A DNA stretch of 64,000 bases from an uncultured Chloroflexia bacterium (lineage in GTDB: Bacteria; Chloroflexota; Ktedonobacteria; Ktedonobacterales; Ktedonobacteraceae), in contig OY969433.1 of NCBI GenBank assembly GCA_963699315.1, positions 767,579 to 831,578 on the forward strand, given 5' to 3'. The stretch's first letter is position 1; each line of letters starts with the position of its first letter. Below the pieces are notes generated by a model. That model did not search any database, was not told the origin of the DNA, and saw only the letters and a list, made by a program, of their open reading frames with translations. Positions 18,839 through 28,375 of this stretch are shown here, piece after piece. A program made the translations under genes and the position numbers.

Positions 18839-19774
18839 TTGGCAACTATTACCAAACAATCCCCTGGTCTCTGGCACATTTCATTGCCGTTCCAGGGCGA
18901 GCATGATGTAATTGGGACATATGTCCTTGCGGGCAAAGATGAGGTTGCGCTCATCGATCCTGGTCCCACGACGACCGTTGATTCTCTGCTAGCTTCGTTA
19001 GAAGAAACTGAAATCGTTCCACAGAATGTGACGCATATTCTGCTTACGCATATTCATTTGGATCATGCTGGTGGTGTGGGAACATTATTACATCATATGC
19101 CTAACGCCAAAGTATATGTACATAGTAAAGGTGCTGCCCATATTCAGGATCCAGCCAAGCTAATTGCAAGCGCGACCAAGATCTACAAGGGTCGCATGGA
19201 AGAGCTTTGGGGTGATATTGAGGCCGTTCCGGCTGACAATGTCAAGGTCATCGATGGTGGAGACATTCTCAATATTACTGGCCGCCGCCTGGAAGTGCAC
19301 TATACGCCGGGTCACGCCAGTCATCATGTTGTCTTCTTTGATGTTCACTCTGGTGAACTTTTCGCGGGTGATGTAGCCGGCGTTTATCTGCCACCGGTTG
19401 ATTATATTCGCCCTCCAACACCACCACCAGATGTGAATATCGAGTTGTGGTCAGCCAGTATTGATCTTCTAAAGAAGCTACGCCCAGATGTAATGTATCT
19501 GGCTCACTTCGGCCCTGTACGCAATTCCGTTCCGTATTTAGAGAAACTACGTGCCCAGATCATTGCTTGGGGTGATATTGTCTTGAAAGCCTTACTAGAA
19601 GGAAAAACTGAAAAAGAGATCCTTCAAATAATGATCGAGACAACTGAACCACAACTTCAACACAAAGGCGCAAATGCACAGATGTTGAAACGCTTTGAAC
19701 TCGCGACTAATTATGAAATGACTGTTCAAGGGTATATACGCTACTGGAAAAAGCAACATGCGGAGAAATTCTAA
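18839..19774 (+). CDS. MBL-fold metallo-hydrolase
   Basis: HxHxDH motif is THIHLDHAGG. I chose the in-frame TTG at 18839, 6 nt after GGAGGAG and just past the rocA stop. The ORF-track start at 18725 would overlap rocA by ~100 nt. Confidence 0.8.
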   Translation: MATITKQSPGLWHISLPFQGEHDVIGTYVLAGKDEVALIDPGPTTTVDSLLASLEETEIVPQNVTHILLTHIHLDHAGGVGTLLHHMPNAKVYVHSKGAAHIQDPAKLIASATKIYKGRMEELWGDIEAVPADNVKVIDGGDILNITGRRLEVHYTPGHASHHVVFFDVHSGELFAGDVAGVYLPPVDYIRPPTPPPDVNIELWSASIDLLKKLRPDVMYLAHFGPVRNSVPYLEKLRAQIIAWGDIVLKALLEGKTEKEILQIMIETTEPQLQHKGANAQMLKRFELATNYEMTVQGYIRYWKKQHAEKF

Positions 19775-20361
19775 AGAGACGTCATTCTTGCAGAATCCAC
19801 GCAGCAAGTCAGGTACCCCCTCGCGTTCAGCGATGGGCTTGTAAACTGTTGGTGGCTTTACACCAGGCAGTGACAAGCTTGAACCTGACCAGACCCAGCC
19901 AGGGGTGCTTGCACCCATCGGGCTACGATAGCAGCAACGTTGAAGAACGTACCTTGGGATGCTTGCCAGTTCCAAGCTCTATAACTTTCAAGTTAACCAG
20001 CAAAACGGGGTCTATGCAGTGCTTGAGAGGTGTACGGACTGCTATCTTCGTCGAGGCAAACATTACCTTCGAAGGGCAACCAGAGAAGAGGGGTTTTGAG
20101 CCATTCCGACAGAAAATGGCTCTCCCGTAAGGGATGTTGGATCAGTTTTTCATAAGGAGGCGCACTCCTCCCCATGCATTAAATGCAGGGGTATCCGTAC
20201 GATTGAAAAAAGATGAATTGCCAGAGGACGGTTGTCCTCCGGTCACACGCTTCATAACGTATATGCCAGGGGCCAAACCGAAACTACTTTCTGCATTGAC
20301 CATGATTAGGGCGGCGTGTGCATCGCCATGATGTCCTACAATCTGAATTAACCTTCCAGCC

Positions 20362-20961
20362 CTAACGTAAAAAGGAACGCACCACTCCACAAGCCTTACA
20401 CCAACCAGATAGCTCCCCCGTATCATCGTGTGTCTGTACATTCGTCAGGCGACGCGCACAATGGCAGACGTAGCCACAAAAACGTGCGGGATTTCCTATC
20501 ACCAGAGCATGCGAAGCAACATCCCTTGTCACCACAGAACCCGCTCCAATCAAAGCAAATTCACCAATGGTCACGCCACAGATAATCACCGAACCCGCTC
20601 CAATAGAGGCACCATATTTTACATATGTGGGCACGATATCCCAATCATCTGCGCTTTTTAAGTGACCCTCAGGAGTAATAGCACGGGGATACATATCATT
20701 CGTAAAACAGACATGTGGTCCAATAAAAACGCCGTCTTCGACGGTAACCCCCTCAAAAAGTGAGGCATGGTTCTGAATCTTAACGCGCGATCCAATCGAA
20801 ACACGAGACTCAATGTACACGCCTTTACCTATATTGCATTGCTCACCCACACAAGCAAAAGAACGTATATGAGCTTGACGCCAGATGCGTGTTCCCACTC
20901 CAATCTGTACATTAGCCTCTACTTCTGCCAATGGATGAATATAAAACGCATGTTCCTGCAT
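20362..20961 (-). CDS. Left-handed beta-helix sugar N-acetyltransferase, WbpD/WlbB-like, with a C-terminal Cys4 ribbon
   Basis: Hexapeptide repeats are present. FIHPLAEVEANVQIGVGTRIW...GVKIQN-type blocks resemble UDP-GlcNAc3NA N-acetyltransferases. The tail is CHCARRL...CKACG. Its ATG overlaps the upstream TAA (TAATG). Confidence 0.85.
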   Translation of the reverse strand: MQEHAFYIHPLAEVEANVQIGVGTRIWRQAHIRSFACVGEQCNIGKGVYIESRVSIGSRVKIQNHASLFEGVTVEDGVFIGPHVCFTNDMYPRAITPEGHLKSADDWDIVPTYVKYGASIGAGSVIICGVTIGEFALIGAGSVVTRDVASHALVIGNPARFCGYVCHCARRLTNVQTHDDTGELSGWCKACGVVRSFLR

Positions 20962-22034
20962 TACACTCCTTTTTTACTCACAGCATTGGTGAAATTTTTG
21001 CGAATAAAAGGTAGCCAGCGTAATCGGGAGAAGAAGCCCCAAAGTCCTGCTGCCTCTGCTGCGACCACGAGCCAATGTTGAGTAACATCCGCCTCAATAC
21101 GCTTCAGCCGATAAGGATCGCTAGAAGAGGTATTCATACCATAGGTTGTAGTCAAAGCCCAGGTATAACCCGCATCCTTGACTGCTTGCACCACTACATC
21201 GTCTATATGTTGATCCTGCCCAACAGGATACGCAAAGGTACGTATTTGATACCCTAACTTGTGCTCAAGAACACGGCGACACTCAGTTACTTCATATTGT
21301 ATCTCTGCAGGATTAGTTAAATAAGCCAGAATAGGATGGTACATTGTATGGGCCCCAAAGGAGATCCAACCACTTTTATCCATCTCCAAGACCTGCTCCC
21401 AATTGACCGATAAACGTTCCCCATCACGATCTCGCTCATCGGGCTGAGGAGAAAGTTTGAGCTTTTCTCGTGCTATCTCAAGAAATGCCTCTCGCTCAGC
21501 TATCGACGTAGCATAACGAGCACGGTCATCAATATATTGAGCCAGAGATCCACGTGCTCTGTCATCCTGTAACCGGAAATTTTGCTGCTCCAAAGTCACA
21601 TCGGCCACGCGCGCACGACGAACCATACTCTGCCCCTCAAACCACCAGAAACGATTTCCTGCATCGATATAGCCAGGAATCAAGTAAATTGATAGAGGAA
21701 TACAGTAATTACGAGCGATCTCTGTAGCATACGTGAAATTATCCACATACCCATCATCCAACGTCACCACCAGAGAAGTTCGTCGATCAACCTTTCCACT
21801 AATGCTCCTGCCAGTGGGAGGAGTGAAAAGATCATCTAACGCCGCCTCCACATGCATGATACGATAGTGACGGCGTAAGTAGAGCAGGTGCTTCAAAAAT
21901 TGCCCATCAGCAGCAGTATGGTAATTCAAAATCACAACGTGTGGCCCTGAATGCCGCGTCCACCAACGCGCGAGAGCAACAAGGCCACTATAATAAAAGC
22001 ATCCAGCGATCAAAATCAATAACCATTTACGCAT
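20961..22034 (-). CDS. Polysaccharide deacetylase (NodB homology) with N-terminal TM anchor, copy 1
   Basis: NodB motifs are TLDDGYVDNF and GAHTMYHPIL. The N-terminal helix is LLILIAGCFYYSGLVALARWW. I chose ATG 22034 behind GAGGTG. Confidence 0.88.
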   Translation of the reverse strand: MRKWLLILIAGCFYYSGLVALARWWTRHSGPHVVILNYHTAADGQFLKHLLYLRRHYRIMHVEAALDDLFTPPTGRSISGKVDRRTSLVVTLDDGYVDNFTYATEIARNYCIPLSIYLIPGYIDAGNRFWWFEGQSMVRRARVADVTLEQQNFRLQDDRARGSLAQYIDDRARYATSIAEREAFLEIAREKLKLSPQPDERDRDGERLSVNWEQVLEMDKSGWISFGAHTMYHPILAYLTNPAEIQYEVTECRRVLEHKLGYQIRTFAYPVGQDQHIDDVVVQAVKDAGYTWALTTTYGMNTSSSDPYRLKRIEADVTQHWLVVAAEAAGLWGFFSRLRWLPFIRKNFTNAVSKKGV

Positions 22035-22096
22035 TTCACCTCTCACCCCTGCTTCGAGTAGCTCTTTAGCATACTCACCCAATCTATCTATCAGCC

Positions 22097-23347
22097 TTAA
22101 CGAGAACGTGTAACCTGTCTGGCAACTGCGCTAGCAGTGCGGCGAGCAGCAGCATCAACACCTACAACAAAACGATAAAAAGGGCCAAAACTACGCGCTG
22201 CAGAAAAACCAATGAAGTAGAGGCCAGGAATATTTGACTCAAACCAGTTATTCAATACAGGTGAGCCATGATATGTCTGTAAAGAGTCTTTCAGATGCTG
22301 ATCCAACATTGGCAACTCCTTCACATCTGCTTGATAGCCGGTGCCAAGGATAACATGATCAAACAAGAGTTCTTCACCATTTGTAAGCGTGATCTGTGCG
22401 TTTTCATCCACTGCTTTAATCTGTGCAACAACAGTATTTTCGCGGAGATCGACTTTCCCAAGCAGACGTGGCTTCAACCATGCTGATCCAGCTGGCCCAT
22501 GGAGCGACTTCAGGATGGCATTCCGACGCGTACGAGTTACCCAATACAACAGATATGGATATTTTTCTAGTAGGACATTCAACCATCCATCGCCCATACC
22601 AGCCTGCGGTGCGCGAATGTTCTGCAACCACGCGGGAATTTTGGGGTTAGCTTCGGTAAGCCAGCGGATGGTTCCACGATAGAGCACATGAACATCGCAA
22701 CCTTGTTCTTGTAGCAAGGCTGCCGTCTCTAGCGCCCCCTGACCCCCACCGATAACAGCGACTTTCTTCTGCGCAAACATTGTGAAATGACTATAATCAG
22801 ATGAATGAGACACTAAAGCTTCTGGCATATGAGCATATGATTGAGGTTTATAGAGATAATAGTGAAGTCCAGGAGCCAATACAACTGCATTGCTGGTAAT
22901 AACACGTTCATCCTCTAAAGTTATAGAATATTTATTATTACTGTATGCAATAGTTTGGATATATGTTTCATCGATATTGGGTACCGCATGCTGCTGGAAC
23001 CAGAAACCATAATCAATAAAGGTTTCACGAGCGAATGGAGCTGTTGGTAGAATACCTTTCTCTTCAAAGTATTTTGTGAGAGTGTATTTTTGCTGCGGGT
23101 CCGAGAGATTGGTTGCCCACCAATAAGAACGTAAGAGCATACCATCAGGCATATGATTACGCCAGAAATAGAGTGGCTTGCCAAAGGTTGCCACCTTCAA
23201 TCCCTGTCCCAATAAATGGGCCGAAACAGAGAGACCATAAGGGCCAGCACCAAGCACAACAACATCAAATTGGGTGGCAGGGATAACTTCTTGAATTCTT
23301 TTGGTATTGAAAGAGACGCTCACAGTTAACTCCTCCGAAAGGACCAT
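22097..23347 (-). CDS. FAD/NAD(P)-binding two-Rossmann flavoprotein (FMO / N-hydroxylase-like), copy 1
   Basis: Two dinucleotide motifs are present: VVLGAGPYG and VIGGGQGA. It is a paralog of the 25767-26993 gene. Confidence 0.8.
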   Translation of the reverse strand: MVLSEELTVSVSFNTKRIQEVIPATQFDVVVLGAGPYGLSVSAHLLGQGLKVATFGKPLYFWRNHMPDGMLLRSYWWATNLSDPQQKYTLTKYFEEKGILPTAPFARETFIDYGFWFQQHAVPNIDETYIQTIAYSNNKYSITLEDERVITSNAVVLAPGLHYYLYKPQSYAHMPEALVSHSSDYSHFTMFAQKKVAVIGGGQGALETAALLQEQGCDVHVLYRGTIRWLTEANPKIPAWLQNIRAPQAGMGDGWLNVLLEKYPYLLYWVTRTRRNAILKSLHGPAGSAWLKPRLLGKVDLRENTVVAQIKAVDENAQITLTNGEELLFDHVILGTGYQADVKELPMLDQHLKDSLQTYHGSPVLNNWFESNIPGLYFIGFSAARSFGPFYRFVVGVDAAARRTASAVARQVTRSR

Positions 23348-23349
23348 TG

Positions 23350-24693
23350 TTACTTCTGTAAAATAGTCTTATCATTCTGAGTGGTAGATGATCTTAATTT
23401 GTTTGTTGCACGATACATAAAATCCATAGTCGCGGTCCAAACAGGAGCAAGATCCCACCAATCAACGTAATCATAACCAACACGGATAAAAAAACTAGCA
23501 CAAAAATCCAGCACAGTTTGCGCTGGTGACATCACATCTGGCCTACCACGCTCCACCAGAGCTTCCACCATTGATACAATATCGCCACTGAGATAGCGCA
23601 TCCAGAGTCCTGTCTGATACCCATCAACGTGCGTAACAGGCTCTCCTAACGCCCATTGATAGAGTAAATAAGGAAAATCAACACCTGAACGAACAGCTAC
23701 TTCAACCGAAGCAGATAAACGAGGATTAATTTCCATTAGATAAGGCTTACCAGCCTGGTCGCGCCGAAACTCAACCTCAGCATAGCCTTCTAACTCAATT
23801 TCACGCACTAGGAGCTCAGACTGGATACCAATATCCATAGGCACCGCAATACTCTGTCGTAAAACCGAGGTTCCTCCCAGTGGAGGCTGTGTGCGTTTCG
23901 CCAACTGAGCAAAACGAGCGGCTATCTCGCCCTGTGCATATAGGAGACTAACTGCTTCACGTCGCCCGGTTAAAAACTGCTGAAAAAGGATTGTTCCACC
24001 GTATTGTGTGACCTTTTCAACAGCCTTACGGGCTTCATCAGCAGTCGTTACAAGTTCACAGATCAAGCGGACTCCCCGCTGTTCATGCCAGCTCCATGTT
24101 TCGATAGGCTTGATCACCGCCGGCAAACCAATATCATGGATAGCTTCGGTCACCTCGCTGACCGAAGTCACCATGACGCCCTTTGGCACACCAATGCCAA
24201 GGCGCTCGGCAATCTTTAATGTCTGATCTTTATTAGTAGCAGCCTCCAGAGCGGGTTCTTTAGCTAATGCGAGACGCGTATAGCGCTCAATCTCTGCACG
24301 ATGTTTTCTCAATACTGCCAGAGTGCCATCAGAAGATGCAAATAGCACTTTAGCACCGGCATGCTCCAATAGTTGGCGCAGATAGGTTATGTATGGTTCG
24401 GTGTGTTGACCATAGTCTGGAGCAATATACGAGCGCTTGCACCAACGAGAAGAAAATGTCGGAACATACAGAGGCTTCCTTTGCTGTCGAGTCATCTCTA
24501 ATGCAGCAATATGCATACCTCGTCGTCCAAGTGAACGTACAGCAACCAACGATTGCCGCAACATTGCATCAAGTATCAGAGCATCGTACGTTTTTTTGCG
24601 CGTATCACGAACCATCGACTCCTGTTGAAGAGTAGATGGGATAACAGGTATTGCTGATCCATACATATCGCTACTTTTTAAAGAGTCTGGCAT
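23350..24693 (-). CDS. ATP-grasp domain ligase, copy 1
   Basis: GAGGA RBS is present. ATP-grasp blocks are LPAVIKPIE, GGTILFQQFLTGRRE and YLMEINPRLSASVE. It is a paralog of the 26990-28321 gene. Confidence 0.82.
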   Translation of the reverse strand: MPDSLKSSDMYGSAIPVIPSTLQQESMVRDTRKKTYDALILDAMLRQSLVAVRSLGRRGMHIAALEMTRQQRKPLYVPTFSSRWCKRSYIAPDYGQHTEPYITYLRQLLEHAGAKVLFASSDGTLAVLRKHRAEIERYTRLALAKEPALEAATNKDQTLKIAERLGIGVPKGVMVTSVSEVTEAIHDIGLPAVIKPIETWSWHEQRGVRLICELVTTADEARKAVEKVTQYGGTILFQQFLTGRREAVSLLYAQGEIAARFAQLAKRTQPPLGGTSVLRQSIAVPMDIGIQSELLVREIELEGYAEVEFRRDQAGKPYLMEINPRLSASVEVAVRSGVDFPYLLYQWALGEPVTHVDGYQTGLWMRYLSGDIVSMVEALVERGRPDVMSPAQTVLDFCASFFIRVGYDYVDWWDLAPVWTATMDFMYRATNKLRSSTTQNDKTILQK

Positions 24694-25753
24694 ATTTTTT
24701 CCTCAATCGAGATACAATTCCCAACAAGCCAACCAGTTCCGCAGCCATGACCATCCAGTGCAGATCGACATCGCCAGGCATACGTGCTAACAGCAAAGGA
24801 TCAGTATGCTGTGTATTTTCTTGCTCAAAAGTTGTCACTGCCCATGTATAGCCAGCAACCTGCACAGCCTTCACTCCCAGCTCACCAATATGTTGAAACT
24901 TGCCCACTGGATAGGCAAAAACATGGATTGGATGACCTAATTTTTCTTCAAGGATCACGCGTAAATCCTGCACCTCACGCATGACCTCTTCAGGATCAGT
25001 CAGGTAAGCTAGAATAGGATGATTAACGGTATGTGCACCAAATGAGATCCAACCGGTTGCTTCCATTTCTCGAAGTTGTTCCCAGGTAAGAGGAATGCTG
25101 GTATCACTAGTACTCAGACTACGGGTAGGCAGAGCAACACCAAGTGTCTGTTGCACATGCGAAAGAAATGCTTCTCGTTCAACGACAGAAGAGGCATATC
25201 GAGCATGTTGATCAATAACCTTGATCAAATCACGACGCCCAGCGGGACAGGTCAATTGGTAATTTTGTCCATCCAGCGTAATTTGTTCTGCCTGAAGTTG
25301 CATCACTAATTGTGCAGCTGCCAGCCACCAGAAGTATTGTCCGCTTTCCACATAGCCTGGAATAATAAAAATGGTCATGGGAATACGATAGCACTGAGCC
25401 AATTGAAATCCAACCGTATAGTTATCCAGATAGCCATCATCGAAAGTCAGGACCAGCGGCAAACGCCGGCCCTGCCGGGCCTGATCAGGTTTGGGAGCGT
25501 ACAATTCCTCAAGAGCTGCCTCAAGGTGCATAATGTGATAGTGACGCCTGAGATAACGCAACTGCGAGGACAAATTCCCTCCTGCGTTATGATAATTCAG
25601 AATAAGAAGTTGCTTATTAGAACGTTCTTTTAGCCATAAGGCCAGGCGTGTCAAACCAGAATAATAAAAAATTACCGCAATTAATACACGCAGACGCTCA
25701 TGCATACACATCCTCTCCATTTCCCAGGCGCTATCCCCAATTATCTCTGACAT
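24671..25753 (-). CDS. Polysaccharide deacetylase (NodB homology) with N-terminal TM anchor, copy 2
   Basis: Motifs are TFDDGYLDNY and GAHTVNHPIL. I chose ATG 25753 behind GAGGTG, 14 nt after the upstream stop. Confidence 0.86.
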   Translation of the reverse strand: MSEIIGDSAWEMERMCMHERLRVLIAVIFYYSGLTRLALWLKERSNKQLLILNYHNAGGNLSSQLRYLRRHYHIMHLEAALEELYAPKPDQARQGRRLPLVLTFDDGYLDNYTVGFQLAQCYRIPMTIFIIPGYVESGQYFWWLAAAQLVMQLQAEQITLDGQNYQLTCPAGRRDLIKVIDQHARYASSVVEREAFLSHVQQTLGVALPTRSLSTSDTSIPLTWEQLREMEATGWISFGAHTVNHPILAYLTDPEEVMREVQDLRVILEEKLGHPIHVFAYPVGKFQHIGELGVKAVQVAGYTWAVTTFEQENTQHTDPLLLARMPGDVDLHWMVMAAELVGLLGIVSRLRKKYARLFKK

Positions 25754-25766
25754 AGGCACCTCATTT

Positions 25767-26993
25767 CTAGTGCCTAACATAGCGTGCAACCGCACTGGCA
25801 ACTCGGGTGCCGGATGCCTTCGCACCTACGACAAAGCGATATAAAGGACCAAAGGAGCGCACAGCGCTCAAGCCAAGGAAGTACAAGCCGGGAACGCTAC
25901 TTTCAAAGCTGGAATTCAAGATAGGAATATCCTGATCGGCCTGAATCTGCTCAGCTAATGATGGATGAAGCATGTGGAGGTTTGTGAGATGTACTTCATA
26001 GCCGGTTCCAAGCAAAACATGGTCGACCTGAAGTTTCTGACCATTCGAGAGCTCAACATCCATGCAATTATCATGAACGCGCATCTCTTTGATCGAGGTG
26101 TTCTCATACAGATGAACCTTCCCCAGCACACGCTCACGTAACCATTCAGCCGCCGCAGCTTGATAATTTGAATGGATATAGCGATCCTTTCTTGGTTGCG
26201 AGAAACGATGAAAAAGATAAGGCAAATACTCCAGAGCCCAGTTTCTCCAGCCAGGAGCAATACCTGCATTGGGTGCAACGATCTTTTCAAACAGAGAACG
26301 CTCATTCGCACGATCTCGTTCCAGCCAGCTAATGGAATGACGAGCTACCAGATGCACATTGGTAACCTCTCCATCCTCAAGCAGCAGAGCCGCATATTCT
26401 ACCGCGCTTTGTCCACCACCAATGACCAACAAACGTTTCCCTTTGAACTGACTATAATCACTATGGTCAAAAGCATGTGAGACAAGCTCTGTGGGGAAAC
26501 CACGATACTCCTCTGGGCGTTTGGTATAGTAGTACACACCGATAGCCATGACAACTGCCGCTGCGTGTACCACACGACCATCTTCCAACGTCACCACAAA
26601 CCATCCATTTTGTCGCTCGATTGAAGCAACGTACGTCTCATCGATATCTGGTACAGCATTTTTTTGAAACCAGAGCGCATAATCAAGAAAAAGGCTCATC
26701 GGAACTGGATACGGTTTCGCCAGTTTTTTTAGTTGAAAATACCGCGCAAAACTATATTTCTTTTGTGGATCAGAAAGATTTGTTGCCCACCAATGAGAAC
26801 GTAAATACATTCCCTGTGGCATATGATCACGCCACAGTTCCATTGGTTTGCCAAATACGCCAACATGTAAACCTTTCCCGATTAAGTGAGCAGCAGAGGT
26901 CAAGCCATAAGGGCCAGCACCAATAACGACCACATCATATTTTGCTACCGCTACCGATTGTTGAGATGTTTGCAGATCAGATGCTATACTCAT
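25767..26993 (-). CDS. FAD/NAD(P)-binding two-Rossmann flavoprotein, copy 2
   Basis: ATG 26993 lies behind AAGGAG and overlaps the upstream TGA (ATGA). Motifs are VVIGAGPYG and VIGGGQSA. Confidence 0.8.
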   Translation of the reverse strand: MSIASDLQTSQQSVAVAKYDVVVIGAGPYGLTSAAHLIGKGLHVGVFGKPMELWRDHMPQGMYLRSHWWATNLSDPQKKYSFARYFQLKKLAKPYPVPMSLFLDYALWFQKNAVPDIDETYVASIERQNGWFVVTLEDGRVVHAAAVVMAIGVYYYTKRPEEYRGFPTELVSHAFDHSDYSQFKGKRLLVIGGGQSAVEYAALLLEDGEVTNVHLVARHSISWLERDRANERSLFEKIVAPNAGIAPGWRNWALEYLPYLFHRFSQPRKDRYIHSNYQAAAAEWLRERVLGKVHLYENTSIKEMRVHDNCMDVELSNGQKLQVDHVLLGTGYEVHLTNLHMLHPSLAEQIQADQDIPILNSSFESSVPGLYFLGLSAVRSFGPLYRFVVGAKASGTRVASAVARYVRH

Positions 26994-28321
26994 GAAAAAC
27001 TCCTTCGCATACGGGATAATCTCTTCAATACAGCCCCTCCAACCCAATCGCGCGTAAATTCCGCCGTGGCTTGTATAGCTGGAGCTAGATCATTCCAATC
27101 AACACAGTCATAATGCATAGGCTTCAAACAAGAAAGGGCAAAACCAAGCACTGCCTGAGCTGGTGGTGCCACTCCTGGTCGCCCACGTTGTTGAATGGCT
27201 TCGATGGTGGTCATGATGTCGCCTTTAAGATAGCGCATCCAACCACCGATACGATAAGATTTAACAGTATCAATATGTTCACCTGTCGCCCATTGATACA
27301 TGAGATAGGGAAAATCTACGCCGGAACGTACTGCTATCTCTACTGAAGCGGACAAGCGGGGATTAATTTCCATCAGGTAGGGGATACCTCCTCGATCTCG
27401 ACGAAACTCAACTTCGGAGTAGCCCTCCAAATCAATCTCGCGAACCAGATGTTCAGCTTGTTTACCAGTATCGGGCGGCAGAGCAATACTTTGACGTAAT
27501 ACAGATGTTCCACCTAATGGTGGTTCAGTGCGCTTCGCCCATTGTGCAAAGCTTGCATGCACTTCATGATCGGCATACAGCAAACTAATCGCCTCACGCC
27601 GACCAGTCAGAAACTGCTGGAAAAGAATCGTGCCTCCCAGGCGTGTCAGATCTTCAACTGCGACTCTGGCCTCATCTGCAGTCATAACCAATCGTGAAAC
27701 CAAACGGGCACCACCCTCTTGAGATTCATCCCACAGCCAGGACTCAATAGGCTTGATCACTGCGGGCAAGCCTATCTCATTAAGCGCCGCCGTGACCTCA
27801 GACACAGAACTTACCGTCACTCCCCGAGGAATATTCAGTCCCAACTGCTTGGCGATCTCCAACGTCTGCTCTTTATTGACGGCAATCGCTAGTGCGGGAT
27901 CCTGAGCCAGAGCAATAGCAGTGTGCTTTCCCAAACGATCACGATACTGCCGGATCAACGCTATCGTACTGTCAGAAGATGCAATCAAAACACGAACCTT
28001 TGTATGCTCCAACCACTGTTCCAGAAAGTCGAGATAGTCCCTAGAACCACCTCCAGTCGGAGCAACAATTCCTTGCTGGCACCAACGCGAGGAGAAGGCC
28101 GGAACGCGTTGATCTGCCTCTAGGGCAGCTACAGCCAGGCCGCGCTGACCAAGTGAGCGAATAGAAACTAAAGATTGACGTAATGCCGCATCCAACACAA
28201 ATGCATCGTAACTTCTGGTTGAAACATCCAAACTCCCTTGAGACTGCATGAAAGCAGCAGACTGGGAGCTCTTTGTCGGCTCGATATCAGATGGATGACG
28301 TAGCACACAACACCTCAACAT
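26990..28321 (-). CDS. ATP-grasp domain ligase, copy 2 (start uncertain)
   Basis: It has the same blocks as copy 1 (LPAVIKPIE, GGTILFQQFLTGRREA, YLMEINPRLSASVE). No candidate start (28324 TTG, 28321 ATG, 28249 ATG) has a clear RBS. Confidence 0.78.
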   Translation of the reverse strand: MLRCCVLRHPSDIEPTKSSQSAAFMQSQGSLDVSTRSYDAFVLDAALRQSLVSIRSLGQRGLAVAALEADQRVPAFSSRWCQQGIVAPTGGGSRDYLDFLEQWLEHTKVRVLIASSDSTIALIRQYRDRLGKHTAIALAQDPALAIAVNKEQTLEIAKQLGLNIPRGVTVSSVSEVTAALNEIGLPAVIKPIESWLWDESQEGGARLVSRLVMTADEARVAVEDLTRLGGTILFQQFLTGRREAISLLYADHEVHASFAQWAKRTEPPLGGTSVLRQSIALPPDTGKQAEHLVREIDLEGYSEVEFRRDRGGIPYLMEINPRLSASVEIAVRSGVDFPYLMYQWATGEHIDTVKSYRIGGWMRYLKGDIMTTIEAIQQRGRPGVAPPAQAVLGFALSCLKPMHYDCVDWNDLAPAIQATAEFTRDWVGGAVLKRLSRMRRSFS

Positions 28322-28375
28322 CAATATGCATATGATCTATACAAAAGCATGTCAGCTTCCAATATCACATAACAG

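Noticed and set aside
19775-20361. Tried to assign the structured spacer to tmRNA, RNase P RNA or SRP RNA.
   Set aside because: - tmRNA: there is no GGGG...UUCGACG 5' motif. The only ...GCCACCA end (minus strand, ~19849-19855) lacks a matching 5' acceptor strand, a G3-U pair and a proper T-arm.
- RNase P: the universal GGAAAGUCC / ACAGAA..GGCUUA motifs are absent.
- SRP: a GGUCAGGU similarity does not extend into a GNAR-capped helix 8.
The region stays unassigned.
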